Made by a program: the position numbers and the translations under genes. A stretch of 64,000 bases of DNA from Lachnospiraceae bacterium (GTDB taxonomy: Bacteria; Bacillota; Clostridia; Lachnospirales; Lachnospiraceae): assembly GCA_014804795.1 (NCBI GenBank), contig JAAUZC010000022.1, positions 2,117 to 66,116 on the forward strand, given 5' to 3'. Shown here one piece after another: positions 9,118 through 19,233 of the stretch. Below the pieces are notes generated by a model. The model searched no databases. It worked only from the letters and a program-made list of their open reading frames with translations, and was not told where the DNA came from. Positions within the stretch are counted from its first letter, which is position 1, and the number at the start of each line of letters is the position of its first letter.

Positions 9118-9468
9118 ATGAAAAATTCTTCCACAAAAAATGAAAATCATAAAACAATAACGGCTCCCGCTCAAAATATGGCACAGGAAGAAATGACTGT
9201 GGATCTGGAGTTGGACGAAGGGACAGTCACCTGTTCTGTTGTCGCCATTTTTTCTGTCAAAGACAAAGACTATATCGCCCTTCTTCCGCTAAATGAGAAC
9301 AACGATAATGCAGACGGAGATGTCTGGATTTACGGCTATTCAGAAAATCCGGATGATCCAAACGAGGAACCGGAACTTCGTTATATTGAAGATGATGAAG
9401 AATATGAACAGGCTTCGGATGCTTTTGATGAATATCTGGATAATTGCGAATTTGATGAGATATTATAG
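9118..9468 (+). CDS. DUF1292 domain protein
   Basis: Acidic 116 aa; VAIFSVKDKDYIALLP...ELRYIEDDEEYEQASDAFDE; sigma-A-like TTGAAA-18-TATAAT at 9011-9040; start may be 9178. Confidence 0.85.
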   Translation: MKNSSTKNENHKTITAPAQNMAQEEMTVDLELDEGTVTCSVVAIFSVKDKDYIALLPLNENNDNADGDVWIYGYSENPDDPNEEPELRYIEDDEEYEQASDAFDEYLDNCEFDEIL

Positions 9469-11340
9469 GGATTCCTGCAATTCTGTAAGAAACCTTGAGG
9501 GCAGTGTCGTTTTTGCGCTTCCGCCCTCTTTTTTTGTATCTGTTTCTCCTGTGATATAAAGCAATGTCAATTCTTTCTTTGCTCTTGTCATACCGACATA
9601 AAACATGCGGCGTTCTTCTTCCATCTCCTCTTTGCTGCGTGCCTTTTTATGCGGCGTTACCTCCTCATTGCAGTTTATCATAAAGACCTTGTCATATTCC
9701 AGACCTTTTGAACCATGCATGGTGATCAGCGTTACACCCGGTTCGGATGATGCTTTTTTCTGATCCGCTGAAGCTGCAGTTTTATCTGTATTTTTTTCAC
9801 TCCTTCGTTCTTCTATCATTTCTTTCCACTGTAAAAGCGTCCGGCAGCCTCTTGCGGAATTTTGTATCAGATCCGCCTCCTCAAGCGGCATAGATTTTTC
9901 CGACAGATAGTTGTCATACCCCATCGCTTTTCTGATATAACTGATTGCCAGAAACACCGGCATTTCCCGTATCCGCTCCAGATCCTGCTGCAGTCTCACA
10001 ATCTGCTCTCTCATAGCCGGTCTTCCCTGATAAAATCGCATCATATACCGGAAGTCTGCGGTTTCGTTCACGGCTTCCCGGCTGATATAACGAAGGGGTC
10101 TGTTCATAAATTGAAAAAACTGACTTCTGCTTCTGTCCTTTATCGGCGTCCTTGAAAATTCCAGATAGGCAAGCAGATCATTTACCATTTCAGAATCAAA
10201 AATACTTTTTACGTTTTCTCTGAATTGACAGGACACCCCCGCCTGTCTGCATTTTTCCGCAAGTAACGGGAAGATACCGGAAGTTCTGCTTATCACAGCA
10301 CATTCAGATAGTTTTCCCGCTGCCTTTTCCTGCATCAGACGCTCTATCAGGGTGCTTTCCATCATGTCTGCCGTCCCGTACCCCTCAACTCTGACCAAAC
10401 TTCCCGGTTCGCCTGCCGCATGGCCGTTCTTGGAAAAACGGTTTTTGTTATGTGCGATCAGCCTTCCCGCGGCCTCCACGATTTGCGGCGTACTGCGGTA
10501 ATTTGTTTTCAATATTACCACCTTCGCTTCCGGATAATCTCCCGGAAAGTTTTTCATAATATCCGGATTCGCGCCCCGAAAACCATAGATGGACTGATCG
10601 TCATCTCCCACGATAAAGAGATTGTTCTCCGGTGCGGCCAACTGCTTAACCAGACGATACTGCACGGGTGCAATATCCTGAAATTCATCAATCAAAAGAT
10701 AGCGGTATCTGGCCTGATACTGCTTCAAAATATCCGGTCTTTTCTGAAAAAGCTCCTCACATTTTAAAGCCATATCATCAAAATCCACTTTCCCAAGAAT
10801 ATTCTGTGCTTCTTTAAAATCTCTATAAATCTGAAAGAACAGTTCAGGAGAAATGCTATTTGGTATAAAATCTATAGTTTTACTTTGAACTCCTGAAATA
10901 TCGGCGCGGTTTTTATATCGCCCGATCTCCGATAAAAGTTCTTCCAGCATATCCGTATGCATACTGATATTGTATTTGTTTTTTCTGATAATATCCCGAA
11001 GTATTTTTTTCTTTTCTTGTTCGGATAAGATGCTGCCGGCACGGCAGACAGATGTTTCTTTTAAAATAGAATAAAAGACGGCATGGAATGTGCCGAAAGT
11101 CACAGACGGATGGGTTCCTTCACAGAGAGATAAAAAACGTTTCTGCATTTCAGATGCTGCCGCTCTTGTAAAGGTGATCACCAGGATCTCCGACGGTGTT
11201 ATATGATGCGTATTTATCAAATGTACGATTCTTCTTGTCAGCACAAAGGTTTTGCCGGAGCCGGGTCCGGCAAGGACCATCATCGGCCCGGCTCCGTGTA
11301 TAATTGCCTTTTGCTGTTCCGGATTCCCAAAACCAGACAT
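9463..11340 (-). CDS. UvrD/PcrA family ATP-dependent DNA helicase
   Basis: Walker A AGPGSGKT, IDEFQD, VGDDDQSIYGFRGA, NYRS, TMHGSKGLEY, RRMFYVGMTRAK; start refined to ATG 11340 (TAATG overlap with gltX stop). Confidence 0.92.
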   Translation of the reverse strand: MSGFGNPEQQKAIIHGAGPMMVLAGPGSGKTFVLTRRIVHLINTHHITPSEILVITFTRAAASEMQKRFLSLCEGTHPSVTFGTFHAVFYSILKETSVCRAGSILSEQEKKKILRDIIRKNKYNISMHTDMLEELLSEIGRYKNRADISGVQSKTIDFIPNSISPELFFQIYRDFKEAQNILGKVDFDDMALKCEELFQKRPDILKQYQARYRYLLIDEFQDIAPVQYRLVKQLAAPENNLFIVGDDDQSIYGFRGANPDIMKNFPGDYPEAKVVILKTNYRSTPQIVEAAGRLIAHNKNRFSKNGHAAGEPGSLVRVEGYGTADMMESTLIERLMQEKAAGKLSECAVISRTSGIFPLLAEKCRQAGVSCQFRENVKSIFDSEMVNDLLAYLEFSRTPIKDRSRSQFFQFMNRPLRYISREAVNETADFRYMMRFYQGRPAMREQIVRLQQDLERIREMPVFLAISYIRKAMGYDNYLSEKSMPLEEADLIQNSARGCRTLLQWKEMIEERRSEKNTDKTAASADQKKASSEPGVTLITMHGSKGLEYDKVFMINCNEEVTPHKKARSKEEMEEERRMFYVGMTRAKKELTLLYITGETDTKKEGGSAKTTLPSRFLTELQESL

Positions 11341-12791
11341 TATGCCTGCTCTAAAAGCTCTATCCCCGCTCTGATCCGGGACAAAGACTCTTCCTTTCCG
11401 AGAATCTCCATAATTTCCGTGGCACCCGCCGGCGTCATCTGTTTGCCGGAGACGGCAGTACGCACAGGCCAGAGTACATAACCGTTCTTGCATCCTTTCT
11501 TTGCCACAAAATCACAGAGTGTCTGATAAAGCGCATCATTGCTGTAATCTTCCTGTTTTTCCAGGACAGGAAGCAACTCCTTTAAAACTTCTAAAGAAGA
11601 TTCCGTTGTCGTTTTCATCTTCTTGTGGGCATACATGGCCGCGTCATACGCCGGAAGCGTCTCAAAAAAGTCGATCAGAGCCGGAATATCCGGGAATATC
11701 TCAATTCTTGTTTTCACCATTTCCGCAATCTTTTGAAGATTCAGCGGCTTTTTGATCGTATCTGTCAGATAGGGAAGCGCCATCTCATAAAATCTGTCAA
11801 AATCCATCTGCTTGATATACTCGCCGTTCATCCATTTCAGTTTTGTATAATCAAAGACTGCCGGTGACTTGGACATATGACGATAATCAAAAGCTTCCGT
11901 CAGCTCCTGCAGCGTGAAAATCTCTCTGTTATCAGAAGGACTCCATCCGAGAAGCGCCACAAAGTTCACAACGGCTTCGGTCAGAAATCCCTGTTCGATC
12001 AGATCTTCATAAGAAGAATGGCCGCACCGCTTGGACAGTTTATTGTGCTCTTCATCGGTGATCAAAGGACAGTGCACATAAACCGGCACTTCCCAGCCGA
12101 ACGCTTCATAAAGCCTGTTGTATTTCGGGGAAGAGGAAAGATACTCATTGCCCCGTACAACATGGGTAATGCCCATCAGATGGTCGTCCACCACATTCGC
12201 AAAGTTATAGGTCGGATAGCCATCGGACTTGATCAGGATCATATCATCCAGTTCCGCATTATCTACCGAAATATCGCCGTATATCTCATCATGAAAAACA
12301 GTCTCGCCCTCCATCGGGTTATTCTGTCTGATCACATAGGGAATGCCCGCGGCAAGCTTCTCTTCCACTTCTTCTTTGCTCAGAGAAAGGCAATGCTTAT
12401 CATAGACATTGATTTCTTTCCCAGCCACAGTTCTTGTCAGACCCGCAAGTCTTTCCTTGTCACAGAAGCAGTAATATGCTTCTCCTTTTTCCACAAGTTT
12501 CTTCGCATATTCCAGATAAAGTCCGCTCTTTTGCCGATCGCTCTGCACATAGGGTCCTACGCCGCCGTCCTTATCAGGTCCTTCGTCATGTAAAAGCCCT
12601 GTCTTCTCAAGCGTCCTGTAGATGATGTCCACAGCTCCCTCCACCAGTCTCTCCTGATCGGTGTCCTCAATACGGAGAATAAAATCCCCGCCCTCATGTT
12701 TGGCGATCAGATAGGCATAAAGCGCCGTTCTCAAATTTCCCACATGCATCCGGCCTGTCGGGCTCGGAGCAAATCTTGTCCTTATTTTCAT
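11340..12791 (-). CDS. gltX: Glutamate--tRNA ligase
   Basis: [14 protein letters not shown] (HIGH), [21 protein letters not shown] (KMSKS). Confidence 0.97.
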   Translation of the reverse strand: MKIRTRFAPSPTGRMHVGNLRTALYAYLIAKHEGGDFILRIEDTDQERLVEGAVDIIYRTLEKTGLLHDEGPDKDGGVGPYVQSDRQKSGLYLEYAKKLVEKGEAYYCFCDKERLAGLTRTVAGKEINVYDKHCLSLSKEEVEEKLAAGIPYVIRQNNPMEGETVFHDEIYGDISVDNAELDDMILIKSDGYPTYNFANVVDDHLMGITHVVRGNEYLSSSPKYNRLYEAFGWEVPVYVHCPLITDEEHNKLSKRCGHSSYEDLIEQGFLTEAVVNFVALLGWSPSDNREIFTLQELTEAFDYRHMSKSPAVFDYTKLKWMNGEYIKQMDFDRFYEMALPYLTDTIKKPLNLQKIAEMVKTRIEIFPDIPALIDFFETLPAYDAAMYAHKKMKTTTESSLEVLKELLPVLEKQEDYSNDALYQTLCDFVAKKGCKNGYVLWPVRTAVSGKQMTPAGATEIMEILGKEESLSRIRAGIELLEQA

Positions 12792-12852
12792 TGAATTCCA
12801 CCTCTTTTTGTTGTATTAACCGGAAATAAATTCCTCCGTTCCATATGGATAA

Positions 12853-12881
12853 ATTGTATCATAATTATATTTTTATCTCAA
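12853..12881 (-). promoter_or_regulatory. Sigma-A promoter of gltX
   Basis: TTGAGA-17-TACAAT with TG extension. Confidence 0.6.
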
Positions 12882-12904
12882 CCGAAATATCCGTCTTCCT
12901 CTCT

Positions 12905-12933
12905 GCATAAATTTTCTTCCTTTACACATCCTA
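12905..12933 (+). promoter_or_regulatory. Putative sigma-G-type (forespore) promoter upstream of tepA-like gene
   Basis: GCATA-17-CATCCTA resembles the Bacillus sigma-G consensus GHATA-N17/18-CATnnTA. Confidence 0.45.
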
Positions 12934-13000
12934 AACAAAAATGCAGACAACCTGTTTCTGCAAAATACAGATACAGCAAATGATAGGAGGAATCCATTAC

Positions 13001-13756
13001 GTGAGCAGCAAAAAGCATAAAAATAAACCAAAAAATCACAGAAAAGATCAGGAGGATTACCGTATGAGCGACGATAAAAACAAAAAACAGGGCGAAGATA
13101 CCAGAGAGGAGATCAAGGAAAGCGGACAGCTGATTCTTGATAAAAATAAAAAGAAAAGCCATATTCAGTTGATTACGATCATCGGCGAAATCGAAGGACA
13201 TGATAATCTGGGCAGCAATTCCAAAACCACAAAATATGAGCATATCCTGCCAAAACTGGCAGCCGCGGAGGATGATGAAAACATTGATGGTCTGCTCTTT
13301 CTTCTGCATACCATGGGAGGCGATGTGGAAGCCGGACTCGCAATCGCGGAACTGATCGCTTCGATCAGCAAACCCACCGTATCGCTTGTGCTCGGCGGTT
13401 CCCATTCCATCGGCGTCCCGATCGCAGTCAGCACGGACTATTCTTTTATTGTCCCTACCGGCACAATGGTCGTGCATCCGGTGCGCATGAACGGAACAGT
13501 CATAGGCGCAAAACAGACTTTCGACTACTTTAAACAGATGCAGGCGCGCATCAGCTGGTTTGTAGCACATCATTCCGACATCAGCAAAGAACGTTTTGAA
13601 GAACTGATGATGGAAACCAAAATGCTGACCAAGGATATCGGCACGATCCTCGAAGGTTCAGAAACCGTTGAAGAAGGTATTATCGATGAAGTCGGCGGTC
13701 TCAAAGAGGCAATGGCAGAGCTGCAAAAACGAATCGAAAAACGGAAAAAACAATAG
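13001..13756 (+). CDS. tepA: ClpP-family protease, TepA/YmfB type
   Basis: LHTMGGDVEAGLAIAE, LVLGGSHSIGVPIAVS, HPVRMNG are TepA-type ClpP motifs; in-frame starts GTG 13001 and ATG 13064, each with AGGAGG. Confidence 0.75.
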   Translation: MSSKKHKNKPKNHRKDQEDYRMSDDKNKKQGEDTREEIKESGQLILDKNKKKSHIQLITIIGEIEGHDNLGSNSKTTKYEHILPKLAAAEDDENIDGLLFLLHTMGGDVEAGLAIAELIASISKPTVSLVLGGSHSIGVPIAVSTDYSFIVPTGTMVVHPVRMNGTVIGAKQTFDYFKQMQARISWFVAHHSDISKERFEELMMETKMLTKDIGTILEGSETVEEGIIDEVGGLKEAMAELQKRIEKRKKQ

Positions 13757-13759
13757 TTC

Positions 13760-15409
13760 CTACACATCGAAATCGTCATCATCCGCCACTTCAATATCAA
13801 ACTTCATATCCGCTTCTTTTACTTCAATGCCAAAATCCGCCTGCCGTCTTCGCTTCTTTTTCGGAACAGGGAGCGGATTATGCAACGGTTTACCCGGAGC
13901 AGGTTTTTCCTGCTCCTTCTTTTTCTCTCCTGATATTTTTTCTTCTGATGTCTTATCTTTCATCTTTCCTGCGCCCGGACTCTTCGGCTCTTCGTCCTCT
14001 GTCTTCATGGCGGCCAGCGCTTCCCGCATCTCAACTTTTATCTCCTGCACCACTGATGTCACCGGTGCCTTATCTTCTTCCTCTTTCCCGATCAATGCCT
14101 CTTTTGTTTCCTCTGCCGTTGCTGCAGGCATCTCCTCTTCCTTATCTTCCTCTATCTCTGCTTTCACCGGATAAGTCACACCGCAGAAACCAAGACCCGC
14201 CAAAACACACCAGGAAAAAGTCAGGAATATCTGCGCATTCAAATGGAATACAGAGCAGACGGATAATGCATAAACAAAAAACAGATTTAAAATAAATGCA
14301 CTGTTCTGGCTTCTTTTGCGTATAAAAAATGTCGGAATCAAAAAGAAAGCAAAGGATACAAGCAGCAGGGAACCTACAAGAGTCGTATCCGGCTGCAGTA
14401 ATACCTCTTTCATCGTTTCTGCCTGAAAGCCGACATTCTGTGTATAGAGTGTAAACAGCACTTTCAGGTATTCCGGCAGGCTCATCTTTCCCATCCAGGC
14501 CGCAAATGCTGCCAACAAACCAAATCCTGCTATACTGCCGGACAATGCCGCCAAATTTACACTTACTGCCTGTTTCATTTTCTCTTTGCCCAGAGAACAA
14601 AACAAAGCCAAAAAGAAATACAGAGAAACACCATATATGTCAAGATAAACCAAAAAACCAATATAAAATCCCAGCAGAAAAATCCCAAGATACTGCACAG
14701 GGGAAATATAGTTTCTATTTCTGAACTTCCTAAAAAACGTTCCGATCAGGCAAAAACCGAACAAATAAAGCGCCAGATAGAACAATTCCGGTGTCAGGGA
14801 AAATACAAACTGTAATGATACCGGTATAAATGCAAAGGCAGCCATAGAAACCGCGGCAGGCAGTACACCCGCAAAAGATTTCATACCGATATACAAAAAC
14901 AGCAGGCAGGCAAAAAACAGAACGATCTGTAATACAACACCTGCAAAAGGCGTATTCCCGAAAACAAGGAGAATCATATGCAGCAGGCACGGATACAACC
15001 ATGATGCCCCATGCGGCGCATAAGATACATTTTTTCCTGTGGAAGCAACTGCCTGCCTGTAAAAACTGTCATCATCCAATGTCAGAGGGGCATTATATAA
15101 CACATAACATACAAGATATACTACCCCCCCGATTAAAATGATCACCGGCAAAACAACGGAAATGATTTCTTCAAACCGCTCTTTGTCTTTTATATTTTTC
15201 CCAATCTCCCTGCCGAGTGTACGGATTGCAAAAAAGACCACTGCGGTCAATAAAAGATAACCGCATGCAGCCGCTATAATGATAACGTAAGACCAGTTAA
15301 ACATTTCCCTGATTCCCGCCGCATCTAAAGCAAAAATAACGCCGGCACAGCATAGAAATGCAAAAACTGCCCATACTATATAACTGAATATACTTTTTTT
15401 CAGATCCAT
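13760..15409 (-). CDS. Polytopic membrane protein, probable GT-C fold glycosyltransferase, with acidic C-terminal tail
   Basis: Many hydrophobic helices; LDDDSFY acidic motif in an early loop; directly downstream of a GtrB-like GT2. Confidence 0.5.
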   Translation of the reverse strand: MDLKKSIFSYIVWAVFAFLCCAGVIFALDAAGIREMFNWSYVIIIAAACGYLLLTAVVFFAIRTLGREIGKNIKDKERFEEIISVVLPVIILIGGVVYLVCYVLYNAPLTLDDDSFYRQAVASTGKNVSYAPHGASWLYPCLLHMILLVFGNTPFAGVVLQIVLFFACLLFLYIGMKSFAGVLPAAVSMAAFAFIPVSLQFVFSLTPELFYLALYLFGFCLIGTFFRKFRNRNYISPVQYLGIFLLGFYIGFLVYLDIYGVSLYFFLALFCSLGKEKMKQAVSVNLAALSGSIAGFGLLAAFAAWMGKMSLPEYLKVLFTLYTQNVGFQAETMKEVLLQPDTTLVGSLLLVSFAFFLIPTFFIRKRSQNSAFILNLFFVYALSVCSVFHLNAQIFLTFSWCVLAGLGFCGVTYPVKAEIEEDKEEEMPAATAEETKEALIGKEEEDKAPVTSVVQEIKVEMREALAAMKTEDEEPKSPGAGKMKDKTSEEKISGEKKKEQEKPAPGKPLHNPLPVPKKKRRRQADFGIEVKEADMKFDIEVADDDDFDV

Positions 15410-15427
15410 ATGTTACCTCAAACGGTT

Positions 15428-16399
15428 TTATCTTTCTTCGTTCCCAGAGGACTCTTTTTTATCCAAAAAAGTTTCTATATTATATCTCGGTCTTTGTTTT
15501 ACTTCTATATAGATTTTACCGATATACTGCCCGATCAGTCCAATGCTGACAAGCTGCACACCGCCCAAAAACCAGATTGATAAGATCAAGGATGTCCACC
15601 CCTGCGTCACATGTCCGGTAAAATAACTCACCAGTGCATAAACCGCTGCCAAAAACGACAGCATGACAATAATGATGCCCAATGTCGTGATCAGACTGAT
15701 CGGCTTTACACTGAAGGAACTTATCCCATTAAATGCAAGCGCCAGCATCTTTTTTAACGGATATTTGGACTCTCCTGCCACCCGCTCCTTTCTCTCATAA
15801 TAGACACAGTCTGTCTGATAACCGATAAGCGGCATCATACCCCGCAAAAACAGGTTGGTTTCCCTGTATTTGGAAAACTGCTCTACAGCCCGCTTAGACA
15901 TCAGACGAAAATCCGCATGGTTGTAAACTGTTTTTACCCCCATCGCAGCCATCAGTTTATAAAAACTCTGGGCAGTAAAACGTTTGAAAAACGTATCGGA
16001 AGACCTGTCTTTGCGGACACCGTATACAATATCGTTTCCGGCATGGAATTTATCGATCATCTCTTCGATCACAGATACATCATCCTGCAGATCGGCATCA
16101 ATAGAAACCGTCACATCGCTACAGTCCTTTGCAGTCAGAAGCCCTGCGGTCAGCGCAAACTGATGCCCCACATTTCCGGCAAGTTTCAGTCCTTTTACGT
16201 TTTGATGGAGTCTGTGTTCTTCTTCGATCAGCTCCCATGTTTTGTCTTTACTGCCGTCATCTACAAAGAGTACAAAACTGTCCTCTGCAATCTTTTTCTT
16301 TTTGATCAGGTCCTGCAGCACGCCTCTCAGTGCTTCGGAAGAAATTTTCATCACGGCTTCTTCGTTATAGCAGGGTACCACAAGTGCAAGTCTTTCCAT
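15428..16399 (-). CDS. GT2 family polyprenol-phosphate glycosyltransferase (GtrB/YkoT-like)
   Basis: VVPCYNEE, VDDGSKD, IDADLQDD, HADFRLMS, two C-terminal TM helices, KQRPRY. Confidence 0.9.
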   Translation of the reverse strand: MERLALVVPCYNEEAVMKISSEALRGVLQDLIKKKKIAEDSFVLFVDDGSKDKTWELIEEEHRLHQNVKGLKLAGNVGHQFALTAGLLTAKDCSDVTVSIDADLQDDVSVIEEMIDKFHAGNDIVYGVRKDRSSDTFFKRFTAQSFYKLMAAMGVKTVYNHADFRLMSKRAVEQFSKYRETNLFLRGMMPLIGYQTDCVYYERKERVAGESKYPLKKMLALAFNGISSFSVKPISLITTLGIIIVMLSFLAAVYALVSYFTGHVTQGWTSLILSIWFLGGVQLVSIGLIGQYIGKIYIEVKQRPRYNIETFLDKKESSGNEER

Positions 16400-16419
16400 G
16401 CTTTATCTGTCCTTTCCGC

Positions 16420-17382
16420 TTACTTCCCTGTCATATACTCTTTCCTGAGAACTTCCATCATATTACAATAAGTTTCCTTACAGCTTTCCTGCTCGCCCTT
16501 TTTGATATACTCCACACAGGGAGCAAGATAAGTATTCCAGAGCCAGAGATATTTTGCCTGCGCCCCGGCATCTTTGCCAAGCCTCTTTACAAGTGTCGGA
16601 GCAATATCATAGTATTCTTCAATCAGATCCTGCCCTTCCTTAGTAACAGCAAGATAGTTATCCCTGAATGCCTTGATCAGCTGAAGTTCCTCGCAGTTCT
16701 CCCCTTTGTTCAGATTTCTGCAGACTGCCGTTGTCACATAACAGAGTTTTCGCTTAAATCCCTGCATGATCCTATCAAAATCGGAAGCATTTATATTACT
16801 GTCCTTAAAGCTCTTTCTCCATTCTTTACAGATGGCATCGGCAAGTGCATCCGCTCTGTCACTCTGAATTTCCTTGATGGATGGCAGAACATAAATAACC
16901 ATAAACATGTTTTTATCCATCTGCACAGAGAGTTTTTCATTTCTTTTTGGGGTCTGCCCAAGAAGTTTTTCCTGCTCTCTTATGAAAGAATCTGCAATCT
17001 GATGATAAATCCCGGGCAGTTCTTCCTCCGCTGCGCGGTCAAGTGCAAACATGATCGCTGTATAAAAATCATAATTTTCTTTTTTATGTTCTTCAAATAA
17101 TCTCTGATAGGAATTTTTACTGAATTCTCTTACTTTTTCAACATAGTCTTTGCATACAACATCCGTATGTTCCAGCGCTAAACGCAGATTTTCACGACTT
17201 TTTTCTGCATCCGCAGACTTTTTGTTCTCATCCGCGTCAGTCTTATCCGTTTTAAGATCCGTCTCCTGAACCTTCGTCAGATCGATCCTCTCACCACAAA
17301 ACATACAGAGAATCGTTTCTCTGTCCGCAGGAGCCTGCATCTCTTCCTTACAAAAAGGACATTTGATCAGTATGATTTTCAT
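16420..17382 (-). CDS. Zinc-ribbon protein with C-terminal CFI-box-CTERM-like domain
   Basis: N-terminal CPFC-x16-CMFC; C-terminal CYVTTAVC...ELQLIKAFRDNYL...GQDLIEEYYDIAP. Confidence 0.7.
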   Translation of the reverse strand: MKIILIKCPFCKEEMQAPADRETILCMFCGERIDLTKVQETDLKTDKTDADENKKSADAEKSRENLRLALEHTDVVCKDYVEKVREFSKNSYQRLFEEHKKENYDFYTAIMFALDRAAEEELPGIYHQIADSFIREQEKLLGQTPKRNEKLSVQMDKNMFMVIYVLPSIKEIQSDRADALADAICKEWRKSFKDSNINASDFDRIMQGFKRKLCYVTTAVCRNLNKGENCEELQLIKAFRDNYLAVTKEGQDLIEEYYDIAPTLVKRLGKDAGAQAKYLWLWNTYLAPCVEYIKKGEQESCKETYCNMMEVLRKEYMTGK

Positions 17383-17385
17383 GTT

Positions 17386-18114
17386 TTACTCGCTCCAGTT
17401 GTGATATACTGCCTGTACATCGTCATCTTCCTCTAACAGATCCAGTGTTCTTTGCAGGTTCTTTACTGCAGTTTCATCTGTCAGATTTACATAATTTTGA
17501 GGAATCATCGTCACTTCCGCCGAAACCATGGAAATACCGGCTTCTTCAAGTGCCTGTCTTACCGTTTCACAGTCATCCGGAGAAGTGAGAATTTCGTAGC
17601 TGTCTTCTTCCTCATTAAAATCTTCCGCACCTGCATCCAGAGCAAGCATCATCATTTCATCCGGTTCCATGTCACATTCTTCTCTGTCAATGATGATCTG
17701 TCCCTTTTTATCAAACATATAGGATACGCAGCCCTGCGCGCCGACATTCCCCTGCCCTTTTGTAAAGGCATTTCTGACATTGGCAGCAGTACGGTTTTTA
17801 TTGTCGGTCAGCGCATCCACAATGATCGCTATGCCGTTCGGCCCATAGCCTTCATAAGTAACATACTCATAATTGACATTGCCGTCCTCTCCCGCGGCCT
17901 TTTTGATGCCGCGCTCAATCGTATCGTTCGGCATGTTGTTGGATTTTGCCTTTGCTATAACCTGTGCAAGTTTAAAGTTATTGGCCGGATCGGGACCTCC
18001 CTCCTTTACCGCAACAGCAATCTCACGGCCGATGATCGTAAAGATCTTACCTTTCGCCGCATCGTTTTTTTCTTTTTTGTGTTTAATGTTTGCAAATTTT
18101 GAATGTCCTGACAT
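17386..18114 (-). CDS. YebC/PmpR family protein
   Basis: [39 protein letters not shown]. Confidence 0.95.
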   Translation of the reverse strand: MSGHSKFANIKHKKEKNDAAKGKIFTIIGREIAVAVKEGGPDPANNFKLAQVIAKAKSNNMPNDTIERGIKKAAGEDGNVNYEYVTYEGYGPNGIAIIVDALTDNKNRTAANVRNAFTKGQGNVGAQGCVSYMFDKKGQIIIDREECDMEPDEMMMLALDAGAEDFNEEEDSYEILTSPDDCETVRQALEEAGISMVSAEVTMIPQNYVNLTDETAVKNLQRTLDLLEEDDDVQAVYHNWSE

Positions 18115-18177
18115 CTGTATTATCTCCTATCTATTGTATTATGTATGACTTTATTTTTCGCATCTTTCTGCTGTCTT

Positions 18178-19056
18178 CTATAAAAGCGCTTTCTTTACAA
18201 CAAGCACTTTCGCAATCCGCCTGTTTTCCACTTCCAGAATCTGGAACTCATAATCACCCACCATAATAGAAAATTCTTCGTTTTCTTCCGGAATTTTGTC
18301 CATTTTGGAAATCAGGAAACCATTTAGTGTATCAAATTCTTCCTCCTCAAAATCAATATCAAACCGTTCTTCCAACTCTTTCAGTTCCGACATGCCGTCT
18401 ATGACATATTCGTCCTGTCCTTTTTTCTGAATGTGGCTCTCTTCCTTATCATACTCATCCAGAATATTGCCGACGATTTCTTCCAGAATATCTTCCATTG
18501 TCACAAGTCCTGCCGTCTGCCCATATTCGTCAATTATGATCGCCATCTGTATTTTTTTCTGCTGCATCTCCTGAAACAGCGTGTCAATTTTTTTCTTTTC
18601 CGTTACAAAAAGAGCTTTTCTGAGCAGATCCGGAATATCTTTTAAAGCCATTTTCCGGTTTGCCGCAATCCGGTTCATGCGAAATGCATCCTTTAAATAT
18701 AAGATGCCGATAATGTGGTCAATGTTTTCCTCATAGACCGGAAATCTGCTGTTAGTGCCGTCCAACATATAATCTAACGCTTCTTTTAACGTCATATCCG
18801 CTTCGATTGCGGCGATCTGAGAACGATGTGTCATGATATCCCCGGCTTCCTTGTCGTTCAAGGCAAAAATGTTGGAAATCATCTCGGCTTCATCGGCCTC
18901 GATCGTTCCTTTCTCCTGCCCTTCACTGACCATCGTTAAAATATCCTCTTCAACCTCCTGCGCATTTACGCCACGTTTGCTGCCCAGTCCCTTTTTTACT
19001 GTTTTTAAGATGGTTCCCAGCCTGAAACCATCAGGGTTTCCATCTGCATCTGCCAT
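18178..19056 (-). CDS. CBS-pair + CorC/HlyC domain protein (no N-terminal DUF21 membrane domain)
   Basis: IMTHRSQI, SRFPVYEENIDHIIG, IIIDEYGQTAGLVTMEDILEEIVG, DTLNGFL. Confidence 0.85.
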   Translation of the reverse strand: MADADGNPDGFRLGTILKTVKKGLGSKRGVNAQEVEEDILTMVSEGQEKGTIEADEAEMISNIFALNDKEAGDIMTHRSQIAAIEADMTLKEALDYMLDGTNSRFPVYEENIDHIIGILYLKDAFRMNRIAANRKMALKDIPDLLRKALFVTEKKKIDTLFQEMQQKKIQMAIIIDEYGQTAGLVTMEDILEEIVGNILDEYDKEESHIQKKGQDEYVIDGMSELKELEERFDIDFEEEEFDTLNGFLISKMDKIPEENEEFSIMVGDYEFQILEVENRRIAKVLVVKKALL

Positions 19057-19095
19057 TTTCTCATCTCCCGTTTTTGATGTTTGTTCGGTTTGTCC

Positions 19096-19227
19096 GCAGT
19101 GCCCACTCGGGAAATCTGTGATTCCCCTCGTTCACGGGCTTCGCCCTATGTCCGTTTGTGGACAGGCAAAGCTTTATGCAAGCATAGCGTTACCTGTCCA
19201 CAAACGGACGCACTGCTCATTGCCGAC
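19096..19227 (-). ncRNA. Structured four-stem leader RNA candidate, copy A
   Basis: Outer stem GCAGUGC/GCACUGC, perfect 17-bp hairpin, GGGC-GAA-GCCC hairpin and a fourth short hairpin; homologous to 26724-26861 with compensatory changes; sigma-A promoter places +1 at 19227. Confidence 0.65.
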
Positions 19228-19233
19228 GTGTAA

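Noticed and set aside
18178-19056. CBS/CorC gene as a pseudogene truncated by the upstream structured element
   Set aside because: It has a proper SD (GGGAG) and start, the frame is intact, and TM-less CorC-type proteins are an established class; no DUF21 remnant seen upstream.
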